Program-made: the position numbers and the translations under genes
Source: an uncultured delta proteobacterium
GTDB taxonomy: Bacteria; Desulfobacterota; Binatia; Binatales; Binataceae
Reading direction: 5' to 3'
NCBI GenBank assembly: GCA_963842085.1
Contig: CAWJET010000001.1
Coordinates: forward strand, 1,504,001 to 1,568,000
DNA: 64,000 nt
Shown: piece after piece, positions 42,961 to 52,356 of the stretch
Layout of the letters: every line of letters begins with the position of its first letter
How positions within the stretch are numbered: the stretch's first letter is position 1
The notes under the pieces: generated by a model
Databases searched by the model: none
The model's input: only the letters and a program-made list of their open reading frames with translations
What the model was told of the DNA's origin: nothing

Positions 42961-44412
42961 TCATTTCATCGCTGCCTGCAAGACGTCCACCAACTTCGCG
43001 ACGTCGTCTGTCGTCGTCTCGCCGTGGGTTACACAGATCCGGATCACTTCGCTACCTTCGAACGCTGCCGCCCCAACCCATGCACGGCCAGACGCAAGGA
43101 CCTGGTCCACGATCGATCGAACCTCGTTAGATCCGGGCGGGGGCTGGACGCAGAGCACGGCCAATGGCGATTCGTTGACAATCGACCAGCGCCTCGTTGT
43201 GAGGTCGGCCCCGAGCAGTGCGCTCAGCTCGATCGAGCGCTCGACGTGTTGCCCGTAGCCCGTCCATCCAGCTGCCGCGAGCGACAGGAACAGGCGCAGG
43301 CCCAGGAATCGTCGCGACCACTGAACTGATGTCACGTAGGGGTCAGAGCTGGGAATGTTCGAGGGCATAAAGGTGGTCGAAACCTGAAACGCGGACGATA
43401 GCACGTGCGGGTGCAAGGTGATGAACATCCCGCAGCCCATGGTCGTCGCAAACCATTTGTGAGCGTCGATCGTAACGGAATCCGCCCGTTCGATACCAGC
43501 GAGAACGTGCCGCAGCCGGTCAGAGGCAATGAGCGCGCCGCCCCAGGCCGCGTCGACGTGGAACCAGAGGTTATTTGATCGGGCCAGTTCGGCGCATGCC
43601 TCTAGAGGGTCGATCATTCCCGCGTTAGTGGTCCCGGCCGTGGCTGCGATCATGACGGGCACGCATCCGCTCGCGCGGTCATCGATCACCGCGTCTTTGA
43701 GTGCGGTTTGGTCCATGCGTCCGAGTCCGTCGGTCGCGATCAGACGCACCGCCGAGCGGCCGATCCCCGCCTGGTGCGCGATTTTAAGCCAGGCAAGATG
43801 GCTCTCCTGCGAGACGTAGAACACGGGGGCGCCGTCAAAGGCACGGGCACCCTTCGTCGCAAATTCTGGAGTGGCCCTGGTCAAGGCGCAAAGTAGAGCC
43901 GTGTAGTTCGCTTCGGATCCGCCAGCCGTGAAATGGCCCGCAGCCTCAGGCGGGAATCCGGCGCGCCGGGCGACAGAACGGATGACGTGAGCCTCTATCT
44001 CAACTGCAACCGGGGAGGTCGTCGAGGTCGCCAGCTGAGGATTGAACGCACCGGCGATCCGATCTGCGCATTGAGCAGGGAAGGTGGGAGCCGGATTGAA
44101 CAACCCGAAGTAGCGCGGGTGCGTCACATGGACTAGACCGTGCTCCATCTTCTCGATCGTCCACGATAACAATTGGCCGAGCGGGCGCGGCGTTCGAAAA
44201 TCGAAATCGGCGAGTTCGCTCCTGAAGTCGGCGAGGTTCAGATCAGGTGTGACCGGGCCTGCGGCTACGCGCTCATTGGCGCGCAGCAACTTCAGTGTCA
44301 GGAGATCGTCCCAACGCACGCGGTTTGCGGGCGTTGGAAAGAGATTCGATGCGTGTCCGGATGGCTCACGATGTTCTACGAGCTGCGAAACCGGTTTTCT
44401 GTCGTACGACAT
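42961..44412 (-). CDS. Group II PLP-dependent decarboxylase
   Basis: HPRYFG, GGSEANYTAL, ATAGTTNAGMIDPL, FHVDAAWGG, DAHKW (PLP Lys), QWSRR. Confidence 0.93.
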   Translation of the reverse strand: MSYDRKPVSQLVEHREPSGHASNLFPTPANRVRWDDLLTLKLLRANERVAAGPVTPDLNLADFRSELADFDFRTPRPLGQLLSWTIEKMEHGLVHVTHPRYFGLFNPAPTFPAQCADRIAGAFNPQLATSTTSPVAVEIEAHVIRSVARRAGFPPEAAGHFTAGGSEANYTALLCALTRATPEFATKGARAFDGAPVFYVSQESHLAWLKIAHQAGIGRSAVRLIATDGLGRMDQTALKDAVIDDRASGCVPVMIAATAGTTNAGMIDPLEACAELARSNNLWFHVDAAWGGALIASDRLRHVLAGIERADSVTIDAHKWFATTMGCGMFITLHPHVLSSAFQVSTTFMPSNIPSSDPYVTSVQWSRRFLGLRLFLSLAAAGWTGYGQHVERSIELSALLGADLTTRRWSIVNESPLAVLCVQPPPGSNEVRSIVDQVLASGRAWVGAAAFEGSEVIRICVTHGETTTDDVAKLVDVLQAAMK

Positions 44413-44469
44413 CGTAGCAATGTGCCCAGAAAAGGCCTCAAGCAACCGATGCGGCAGCGTCCATCTGGC

Positions 44470-45492
44470 TCACGCAGCTTGCGACGCATTGGCGGAATGC
44501 GGCGCCCTGGAACGGTCGCCTGGATGACGGTGCTCCACCAAATAAGACAACCAATTCGTGTACAAACGCACCGCCGGCTCATGCCAGTCATGCGCCAACT
44601 TTCTCTCCGCTTGCGGAAAATTCAACGCAATGTCAGTGCGGTGGGTTCGCAGCGTTCGCCGCCGGAACTCGTCAAATTCAGCTGCGGTCTCATCATGGAA
44701 ATAGCCCCGCGGCATGTCAGGGTATCGATCTCTTTCGCCAGCGACGAATTCGCGGAAGTCTCTGCGATATTCACGGAACAACGCCTCTGGGTCGTATTCC
44801 GGATGGCCTTGAAGGTAAATCGAGAGACTCCTCCTCTGCTTGACGAACATATCGGCACCCGCCTCGGGCGATCTCGACACAATGCAATAGTCTTTGGAAA
44901 CGAGCTCCTGCTCGGATAGATCGTTGTATCTCGAATGCGGCATGCACCATTGCGGTGCACTACCGGATACGACCACGTGGTCCGCGACCTTCGCGCACTC
45001 GAACACACCCCAAAGTTTCTCGCGGAACGGCCGCCGCTGTATTCCGTCCAGATGAAGGACGGCGGCATGCGCGGCAAGACACGACCAAACTGTCGAGGTA
45101 GTGTGGTCTTCCGCCCAATCCACGACTTTGGTCATGGTGGGCCAATAGGGTTCGTCCGATAGCACCAGTGCGTGCGGCTCCGTGCCGGTGACGATCAGGC
45201 CGTCGAGACGGTCCGCAAACATCTCGCCGATGTCCTCGTAGTGTTGGCTGACATACGTCCGGCCCGCCTCCGAGCGCCGCAGCTGCGGTATCGAGAAAAA
45301 CCTCACTACGATCAAAAGATCTCGTGACGCTTCGGCCAGCAGATCGCAGAATTGACGCTCCGTGGCTTGCAGAGCGGCGTCGGGCATGTTGTTGACGAGC
45401 CCGATCACTATGGGCGCCATCTCGCGGAGGTTCAACCGGCGCGTGACATCCCCCAGCGAGGCCCTGACCGGCCCCGACCGTATCTTGATCAT
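44470..45492 (-). CDS. metA: Homoserine O-acyltransferase, MetA family (divergent)
   Basis: IGLVNNMPD..L.ATERQF, DGLIVTGTEP, WSCLAAHA (catalytic Cys), PHSRY, QGHPEYD. Confidence 0.85.
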   Translation of the reverse strand: MIKIRSGPVRASLGDVTRRLNLREMAPIVIGLVNNMPDAALQATERQFCDLLAEASRDLLIVVRFFSIPQLRRSEAGRTYVSQHYEDIGEMFADRLDGLIVTGTEPHALVLSDEPYWPTMTKVVDWAEDHTTSTVWSCLAAHAAVLHLDGIQRRPFREKLWGVFECAKVADHVVVSGSAPQWCMPHSRYNDLSEQELVSKDYCIVSRSPEAGADMFVKQRRSLSIYLQGHPEYDPEALFREYRRDFREFVAGERDRYPDMPRGYFHDETAAEFDEFRRRTLRTHRTDIALNFPQAERKLAHDWHEPAVRLYTNWLSYLVEHRHPGDRSRAPHSANASQAA

Positions 45493-45517
45493 GTTTTTGC
45501 CCTACTGACGCCTTGCG

Positions 45518-46804
45518 CTATTTCGCATTGTCCAGTGCCCGATCGAGATCGGCGGTGATGTCGTCCGCGTGCTCGATTCCAATACTGAGTCTGATCATTT
45601 CCGGGGTGACCCCCGCCTTGCGCTGCTCCTCGGCGGACATCTGCCGGTGTGTCGTCGAGGCCGGGTGACACGCCAGTGATTTTGCATCGCCCAGATTGAC
45701 CAACCGCTTGATCAGCTTCAGCGCGTTGTAAAATTCAGCCGCGGCTCTGTATCCGCCTCGAATTCCGAAGGTCATCAGGGAGCAAGCCCGGCCGCCAAGA
45801 TATTTCCGGGCAAGCGGGTTATATGGATTATCCTCGAAGCCGACGTAGTTGACCCACTCGACCCGCTCGTGGTCGCGCAGGAACTCAGCCACGCGCCGTC
45901 CATTTTCGACGTGGCGATCGATTCGCAGCGCGACGGTCTCGATTCCCTGGAGCAACAGAAAAGCGCTCAGCGGCGACAGAACGGAGCCCATGGTCCGCTG
46001 ATACACGGTTCGACAGCGCGCGATGTAAGCGGCCGAACCAAAATGGTCGGTATACACTAAACCTTGGTAGGACGCGTCCGGTAGGTTGAACATCGGGAAG
46101 CGACTGGCGTGCTTTTGCCACGGGAACTTGCCGCTGTCGACGATGATCCCGCCCATCGTCGTTCCGTGACCTCCCATGAATTTCGTCAGGGAGTGGATGA
46201 CGATATCGGCGCCGTAGTCGAACGGGCGTAGCAGAATGGGCGTGGCGACCGTGTTGTCGACGATCAATGGAAAACCATGCTTGTGAGCGACGTTTGCCAG
46301 CGCTTCGAGGTCACAAATGTTCCCGGCGGGGTTTCCTACGCTCTCGCAGAAGAACGCTCGGGTATCCTCATTTACCAGCTGCTCCATCGCGTCTGGATGA
46401 TCGCTCTCGGCAAAGCGAACGCTGATCCCCAGCTGGGGCAGGACGTGTGCAAAGAGGGTATGGGTCGTTCCGTAAAGTTGCGGAACAGAGACGATGTTTT
46501 TGCCGCTTCCCGTTACGTTCAGAACGGAATAGTGCAGGGCCGCCTGCCCGCTGCTTACGCTGAGCGCTCCAACTCCGCCTTCGAGTGCGGCGACCCGCCG
46601 CTCGAGCACGTCATTGGTGGGATTGCTGATTCGTGAGTAGCGGTGTCCTTCGACTTCGAGGTTGAACAGGGCCGCGCCGTGCTCGGCACTGTCGAAAGCG
46701 TACGCTACGGTCTGATAGATGGGCACGGCGACCGCCCGCGTGGTGGGATCGACTTCATATCCGCCGTGGATAGCTATGGTTTCGTTTCGCACCCTGGCCA
46801 GCAT
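45518..46804 (-). CDS. metY: O-acetylhomoserine aminocarboxypropyltransferase (sulfhydrylase)
   Basis: PIYQTVAY, YSRISNPT, VDNTVATP, HSLTKFMGGHG (PLP Lys), NLGDAKSLACHPASTTH, IRLSIGIEH. Confidence 0.93.
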   Translation of the reverse strand: MLARVRNETIAIHGGYEVDPTTRAVAVPIYQTVAYAFDSAEHGAALFNLEVEGHRYSRISNPTNDVLERRVAALEGGVGALSVSSGQAALHYSVLNVTGSGKNIVSVPQLYGTTHTLFAHVLPQLGISVRFAESDHPDAMEQLVNEDTRAFFCESVGNPAGNICDLEALANVAHKHGFPLIVDNTVATPILLRPFDYGADIVIHSLTKFMGGHGTTMGGIIVDSGKFPWQKHASRFPMFNLPDASYQGLVYTDHFGSAAYIARCRTVYQRTMGSVLSPLSAFLLLQGIETVALRIDRHVENGRRVAEFLRDHERVEWVNYVGFEDNPYNPLARKYLGGRACSLMTFGIRGGYRAAAEFYNALKLIKRLVNLGDAKSLACHPASTTHRQMSAEEQRKAGVTPEMIRLSIGIEHADDITADLDRALDNAK

Positions 46805-47048
46805 AGTGCCGCTTCAATCGTATCTCCATTGTCGGCCAGGAATTGGGCATGTTTCCGTCAAGAATATCGGTTCTTGCTGCGATGCAAACTAAATTGCACC
46901 CCGTGGCGGCGCTTTCACTTCTTGGCAGTAGGCGGATTTGATTTTCAAGGCATGAGCCGACTAAGCTCAAGAGTCGTGACGGTTCGGTTATTTCGTATAT
47001 CGATGTTTGGGACCTTCTTCATTTCTTCGCGTCGTGGAGTCTGAATCA

Positions 47049-47222
47049 TTGAAAATCTTTGGAATCATTCTTTTGGTGCTTGGAATTTTGGCCTGCCTTT
47101 TCGCTATTACCGTAGGAGCCCAGGCAGCCAAGGGTGATTACGTAGGCTTGGGAGCCATCGCAATTGCGATTGCGGCAGTTGGGATCGTCGGCGCAGCGGC
47201 GGCCATCATGAGAAATTCCTGA
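47049..47222 (+). CDS. Small two-TM membrane protein
   Basis: GGAG RBS, TTG start, two hydrophobic helices. Confidence 0.45.
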   Translation: MKIFGIILLVLGILACLFAITVGAQAAKGDYVGLGAIAIAIAAVGIVGAAAAIMRNS

Positions 47223-47905
47223 CTTCATTCAGAACCGCCCACCACCCACGTCTTGGGCGAGGGCAGGCTCGTAGAGGCACTCCAGCCGCGAAGCGGCTGG
47301 CACCCAGCGTTACCGCTACATCATAATATGTGTCCCGATATGTGTCCCGCCGGCCGGCCCGGACGGGTTCGTTCACCCTGAGCTGCAGCCCCGGCTCTAC
47401 GATCCGGCTTTGAGTGCAACGGGCTTTCCCATGGCCCCGAGCGATGTCGGAAGCGCCTGAAGGTCCGGGACCAATACAATAACGCGCGCAACCAGGCGGC
47501 GGGTTCCGTGGCCCGCCGCTTTCATTTTGACGATTACCTGGTCGTCGATGAATGTCTTCGAATTACTAGTCCGCGATGGGTCGCACGAGAGTGCCTTGGC
47601 AACTACATTCCAACCGGCATTTATAGCAACGTCGTCGAGCAGCCAGTCGGCCCTCGGCAAGACCATCCGGACCCGGCCGGAACCGTAAGGCCCGTGGCCA
47701 TCGGCGAACTCGCTCGTGAAAAAGGTTCGGCTCTATCGCGCCTGGTGCATACGCGAGTCAGCACGTAAGCCACCGCGCCGCAGAAAACCGCCCGGGAAGA
47801 ATCGCCTCGCTTTGCCTCGCGACCACTTGCTTTAAGATCGAACGGCGCAATAGATTTCCATCGGTCGCGTCACATATTTTTCTGGCGCGCGGAGGTTTTC
47901 TTTCC

Positions 47906-48193
47906 ATGGATCGCGACGTATGGAACAGCCACAGATGGTCCAGCGCTAAAGGGCGTCGCACAGAAATCGAGCCCGGCGAACCGCTCATTCAATATCACTG
48001 TTCCCGATGCAGGCGTGATTTCGTCGAAGACCAGCCGTCCGGCCAACGATACGCCGTCTACGTTTCGGAGTTCAGGTTTCGGAGACTTCCTGATCCGATA
48101 ACCAAACGGTGGCTCGAGGAGTTGTGCCCCGGCGCACCACTACCCTATGACATCGAAGTCCGAAGCAAGTTGATTGACAGTCGCATCAAATAA
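47906..48193 (+). CDS. Hypothetical protein, possible Zn-binding
   Basis: GGAGG RBS; HCSRCRRDF and a distal LCPG. Confidence 0.6.
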   Translation: MDRDVWNSHRWSSAKGRRTEIEPGEPLIQYHCSRCRRDFVEDQPSGQRYAVYVSEFRFRRLPDPITKRWLEELCPGAPLPYDIEVRSKLIDSRIK

Positions 48194-48506
48194 ATCGCGC
48201 CGATGAAGTCGCGCACATGAAGATCCGCGACGCCGCCGCGCTCGCGCTTATGGGCTGGCGGTCCGGGCGCCGTCGCAACATGATCAGGCCTCGACATTTG
48301 CAAAGTGACTTGGCCTGGACGAGATCGATCGTGATCGGCTAAACGCTCGCGGCAGCTGTCATGATGAGAACGAAGACACGCCGATGAAAAAGCGGTTGGG
48401 GATAAATCTGACAGCTATATTTGCATGGGTTGATAAGCAAGCCTATGGTTGAGCGTTCGCAGCCGGCGCGGGTCATTGGCCGATTGCGCCAAGGAGTGGA
48501 TGGGTG

Positions 48507-48977
48507 ATGGCGCTGCTCACGAGGGAACCGGAAAAGAATTCGAAAATTCAACTTGCCACGGCGACTCCCGGGCCTGCTCCGTCCGAGGCAAGCGCGTATC
48601 TCAATTACGGATCGAAAATCACCGGCAAAATCTCCTTCGCGGGTTCCGCACGGATCGACGGTGAGGTCGACGGCGAGATCAATGCGGAGGAAAGCCTCAC
48701 GATTGGCGAGTCCGCCGTGGTGACGGCCCAGATTCGCGCCGCTTCGGTGTGGGTCGCGGGCAAGGTCAGCGGCGACATCGTTGCGACCCGGCGAATCGAA
48801 ATCCTCCCGTCGGCGAAGGTTAGCGGGAGCGTCACGGCTCCCTTGCTTTCGGTCCGGGACGGCGCGCTGTTCGAGGGGCGATGCTCGACGAAGAAACCCG
48901 AGAGCATCCGCGAAGACCGCAAACTAATGGTATTAGCCACGGAGGACCGCTTGGCGCAGACCGCCGAAGGACAGTAG
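48507..48977 (+). CDS. Bactofilin (polymer-forming cytoskeletal protein)
   Basis: ARIDGEVDGEI, LTIGESAVV, GKVSGDI, GALFEGRC. Confidence 0.93.
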   Translation: MALLTREPEKNSKIQLATATPGPAPSEASAYLNYGSKITGKISFAGSARIDGEVDGEINAEESLTIGESAVVTAQIRAASVWVAGKVSGDIVATRRIEILPSAKVSGSVTAPLLSVRDGALFEGRCSTKKPESIREDRKLMVLATEDRLAQTAEGQ

Positions 48978-49103
48978 CAGGCCTGAATTGCCCAGGCAGG
49001 TTCAGATAGTCCGCGTGTTCCCCGTCAGCACAAGTTGGACAATTCGAGGCGATTGAGGAAGAGAGGGTTTTTGGCTCATCTTTAACCGCGGAAGGAGCGG
49101 TAG

Positions 49104-49478
49104 ATGAGATCGAAAATCGATGCGCAGTCGGATGGGGCGGAAAAGGCGGTACGCGACATAAGGCGGGCGACCCGCCGGCACTTCTCGGCTGAGGACAAGG
49201 TCCGGATCGTGATCGCCGGCCTGCGCGGCGAGGATAGCGTGGCCGAGTTGTGCCGCAAGGAAGGGATCAACCAGAACCTCTACTATCGCTGGTCCAAGGA
49301 CTTCCTGGAGGCGGGCAAGAGGCGGCTGGCCGGCGATACCGCGCGTGAAGCGACCAGCGATGAAGTCAAGGAGCTGCGGGCGGAGAGCCATCAGCTCAAG
49401 GAACTGCTGGCCGAACTGATGATGGAGAACCGCCTGCTCAAAAAAAGCGTGCTGGCGGATGGGGAGTCCGATATATGA
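49104..49478 (+). CDS. IS3-family transposase OrfA
   Basis: RRHFSAEDKVRIV, ELCRKEGI..NLYYRWSK HTH, ENRLLKKS. Confidence 0.93.
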   Translation: MRSKIDAQSDGAEKAVRDIRRATRRHFSAEDKVRIVIAGLRGEDSVAELCRKEGINQNLYYRWSKDFLEAGKRRLAGDTAREATSDEVKELRAESHQLKELLAELMMENRLLKKSVLADGESDI

Positions 49479-50488
49479 GGTACGCGGCCGCCGAGAAGCT
49501 GGAGATCATCCGGCTGGTCGAGCAGTCGTCGCTGCCGGTGCGGCGCACCCTGGAGCAGATCGGCATCCCACGGTCCACCTTCTATTGCTGGTACGATCGC
49601 TATCGAACTCGCGATGATGAAGGGCTGGAGGATCGCACGCCGGCGCCGCGGCGGGTGTGGAACAAGCTCCCAGCTGCAGTTACTCAGGCCGTGCTCGAGC
49701 TTGCGCTCAAAGAACCGCAGCTATCGCCGCGGGAGTTGGCGGTCTCGTTCGTCGACCAGCAGCAGTACTTCGTCTCGGAAGCCTCAGTTTATCGGCTGCT
49801 GAAGGCGCACGACCTGATCACCAGCCCGGCCTTCATCTTGATGAAGGCAGCCGACAGCTTCGCCCATCCAACCACCGCACCCAATCAACTCTGGCAGACC
49901 GACTTTACCTACCTGCGGGTGATCGGCTGGGGCTGGTTCTATCTGTCGACTGTCCTTGATGACTTCTCGCGCTATATCCTGGCCTGGAAGCTGTGTACCA
50001 CCATGACTGCCACCGATGTCTCCGACACCCTCGCGATGGCGCTGCGCAACTCCGGGTTGGAGCGCGTCCGCGTCCGGCACCGGCCGCGCCTGCTGAGCGA
50101 CAACGGACCGTCGTACGTGTCGGCCCAGCTTGGCTCCTGGCTCGCGGAGCATGGCATGATGCATACCCGCGGCAAGCCCTATCACCCGATGACCCAGGGT
50201 AAGATCGAACGTTACCATCGTTCGATGAAGAACCAGATCCTGCTCGAGAACTACTACCTGCCCGGTCAGCTCGAAGCGCGCCTGGCCGAGTTCGTCGACT
50301 ACTACAACTCGCGCCGCTACCACGAAAGTCTCAACAACCTGACCCCGGCCGACGTCTACTTCGGCCGAGGTCCCGCGATTCTGTCACGGAGGAAAAATGC
50401 CAAACTGAAAACCATCGAAGCCAGACGCCGGCTGCATCATTCGTTCGCAGCCAAAGGTTCAACTCAGATGGACCAGATCCTCTCTTAA
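49475..50488 (+). CDS. IS3-family transposase OrfB (rve DDE)
   Basis: WQTDFTY, LSDNG, GKIERYH, YNSRRYHESL. Confidence 0.95.
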   Translation: MRYAAAEKLEIIRLVEQSSLPVRRTLEQIGIPRSTFYCWYDRYRTRDDEGLEDRTPAPRRVWNKLPAAVTQAVLELALKEPQLSPRELAVSFVDQQQYFVSEASVYRLLKAHDLITSPAFILMKAADSFAHPTTAPNQLWQTDFTYLRVIGWGWFYLSTVLDDFSRYILAWKLCTTMTATDVSDTLAMALRNSGLERVRVRHRPRLLSDNGPSYVSAQLGSWLAEHGMMHTRGKPYHPMTQGKIERYHRSMKNQILLENYYLPGQLEARLAEFVDYYNSRRYHESLNNLTPADVYFGRGPAILSRRKNAKLKTIEARRRLHHSFAAKGSTQMDQILS

Positions 50489-50528
50489 TTCCTGTGCCAA
50501 CTTGTCCAATAGGTTCTGACGACGTACA

Positions 50529-50759
50529 CTTCTCGGCGAAAAAATTTTCTAGAGCGCCATGGGGATCCAAGCTGGCTAGTATACCAGCGCGAAAATGCTC
50601 AAAATCGGCGGGGTCCTCGCCCGGCAAAACCACGTCGAGCGCCGTAAACCCGTGTTTCGTTGCATTCATCGATACTCTTGTCTTTCCGGCAGGGGTGCGC
50701 GGGCCTGTGCTCCGTTGAGCATTGAGTCGGTTGGCTGCGACCTGGTGGTCACTGCTCAT
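50529..50759 (-). pseudogene. Conserved hypothetical gene (ANRxNAxxSTGPRT family) truncated by the IS
   Basis: MSSDHQVAANRLNAQRSTGPRTPAGK...NATKHG...LPGEDP; the frame runs into the IS end at 50528. Confidence 0.8.
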
Positions 50760-50799
50760 GTCTCATTCTCCCAAATGTTGGTCCTCGCTCTCGCAGCAG

Positions 50800-51057
50800 T
50801 CAGTCCTTGATGTTTTTTGCAGAACTCTCTTCGCGTTCGTAGGCTTCAAGCAGTTCACGCGCATATCGTATTGAGATTAGAGGATACGGATTGCCGCAGT
50901 CAGGGCAGGGCAGCGCCGGATCAGTCCAGCTCTGGTCTTGGCTACAGAGTCGCAGCTCTATTATCTTTGCCGCAGTTCGATTGCAGCCGTCACATTCCCC
51001 GTCATCAGTTCGCTGCTCAAGGCGTTCGATTCGCGATTCGAGTTTTTTCAACGACAT
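50800..51057 (-). CDS. Small Zn-finger protein, phage/satellite-like
   Basis: LESRIERLE coil, CDGC...CPDC; AAGGAG RBS. Confidence 0.65.
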   Translation of the reverse strand: MSLKKLESRIERLEQRTDDGECDGCNRTAAKIIELRLCSQDQSWTDPALPCPDCGNPYPLISIRYARELLEAYEREESSAKNIKD

Positions 51058-51122
51058 GTAGAAATCTCCTTCAATTGTGATCCTCTTTAGCCCAACGCGG
51101 GCAAATTGCCGTCTGCCTGTTC

Positions 51123-51347
51123 CTACCTGCGCCGCTCGAGCGCGCCAATTCGGCTCTCGAGATCGCTGATTTTTGCAGAAGTTGTTGCAAGGTTCACAAT
51201 GGCCAACGCAGCGCGGATCCTTGTCGAGTGGGGGCCTTCGAACAAGCCGGCGTGCAGAGTAGCAACCGCGTGGAGTGCAGCAGCCTGAAGCCTCGCCGCG
51301 ACCTCATCGAAATTCACGGAGTTGTGTCGTCGCCTTTGAATTCCCAT
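51123..51347 (-). CDS. Phage/satellite-like helical protein (possibly N-terminally degraded)
   Basis: RLQAAALHAVATL...STRIRAALAIV...DLESRIGALE pattern typical of integrated-element genes; start uncertain. Confidence 0.5.
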   Translation of the reverse strand: MGIQRRRHNSVNFDEVAARLQAAALHAVATLHAGLFEGPHSTRIRAALAIVNLATTSAKISDLESRIGALERRR

Positions 51348-51522
51348 TTCGTTGCGATCTTGCTCGCCGACGCGGTCGCCAATGCGTACCTTCTCGTCCG
51401 GATCTTCCGTTTCTCATCGATGGAAGAATCCGTGTAGTCATCGCGCTCAACTCCGCGGCTGCCACAACGAGACTATAAAAGACGTTGACCTTGGTCGTCA
51501 ACATAAGTAGGAATGAGTTGGA

Positions 51523-52356
51523 ATGATAGCAGCGCTAGACTTCAGAGGCCGTCTGCCCTTCGACTCCATCCAGGTGCCCTCGGTGCGCCGGAAAGGAGCC
51601 TATCTTTACTTCCGTCCACAGGGGCCGCTTCACCCTGCGACCGGACAGAAGGATCGACTGGTCTTCGATTTCGCAAATCTGGCCGATGCTTCGAACGACG
51701 CCTTCCTCGAATTTGCGCTTAAGTGGGGAGTGCTGGGAGTTTGTCGGCATAAACTTCCGGTGTCCCACCAAGTGCCGGCTTGCTTGCCGCGCTGCGTGGC
51801 CGGCGAATTCGTAGAGCCAATCGCCTACTGGCGTGGTCGAGCCCGTTACGTACGCGCGATCTTGAATGTTAAGGCGAGCCTCACGCAAGACGAGCTGGGA
51901 GCCCGTTCCGATTGGAGGATAATCTGGCCGGCTAACCCACCGGCCGATAGAACCGACGCGACCAGATCGCTCGCGATCGTAGCCAGCAATTTTCTGAGCC
52001 AGGTGAATGTTCAGTTGGGTCTCTTCGACATCGACAACCGGCTCACCATCCAATTCATAAGTGGCAACTTCTTCGATCTGCTCAAGGCGATGAGCGCAAA
52101 CGAAGATATCAGTTCTTGGCTGTCAACTTCGGGCAACCTCCTGGCCGAAATAGCCGTGGGCACCGCTCTCGCCCTTCAGGAAGGCCCTGGCTGGACCGTT
52201 TGCTCGGCACCCGAATGTAGACGTCTCTACCGGCCTAAGCGTCACACTCCCGAGGGTCGGCTGCATTTCTGCCCGGATTGCGGCAAGCGCGCCTCGTGGC
52301 GACTATCCAAGCGGCGCCAGGCCCGGGAGGCGAAAGGACCGCAGCCGACCGATTAG
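51523..52356 (+). CDS. Protein with a C-terminal CGNR-like Zn finger (putative DNA-binding regulator)
   Basis: CSAPECRRLY...FCPDCGKRASWRLSKRR; FALKWGVLG. Confidence 0.7.
   Translation: MIAALDFRGRLPFDSIQVPSVRRKGAYLYFRPQGPLHPATGQKDRLVFDFANLADASNDAFLEFALKWGVLGVCRHKLPVSHQVPACLPRCVAGEFVEPIAYWRGRARYVRAILNVKASLTQDELGARSDWRIIWPANPPADRTDATRSLAIVASNFLSQVNVQLGLFDIDNRLTIQFISGNFFDLLKAMSANEDISSWLSTSGNLLAEIAVGTALALQEGPGWTVCSAPECRRLYRPKRHTPEGRLHFCPDCGKRASWRLSKRRQAREAKGPQPTD

Larger units (their letters stand above)
49016..50528 (+). mobile_element. IS3-family insertion sequence, apparently intact, no TSD
   Basis: Imperfect TIRs TGTTCCCCGTCAGCACAAGTTGGACAA and TTGTCCAATAGGTTCTGACGACGTACA (TG...CA ends); orfA/orfB with an A7G slippery site at 49440-49447. 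Confidence 0.9.

Noticed and set aside
46904-46918. Exact 15-bp match GTGAAAGCGCCGCCA (minus strand) with 61843-61857 (plus strand)
   Set aside because: Non-palindromic and GC-rich with only two copies; matches of this length can arise by chance in 64 kb
46805-47000. SAM riboswitch upstream of metY
   Set aside because: No SAM-I, SAM-II or SAM-SAH consensus recognisable by eye; an Rfam scan would be needed to exclude it fully
47325-47350. Short tandem ATATGTGTCCCC duplication, REP-like
   Set aside because: Too short, with no associated transposase in the window
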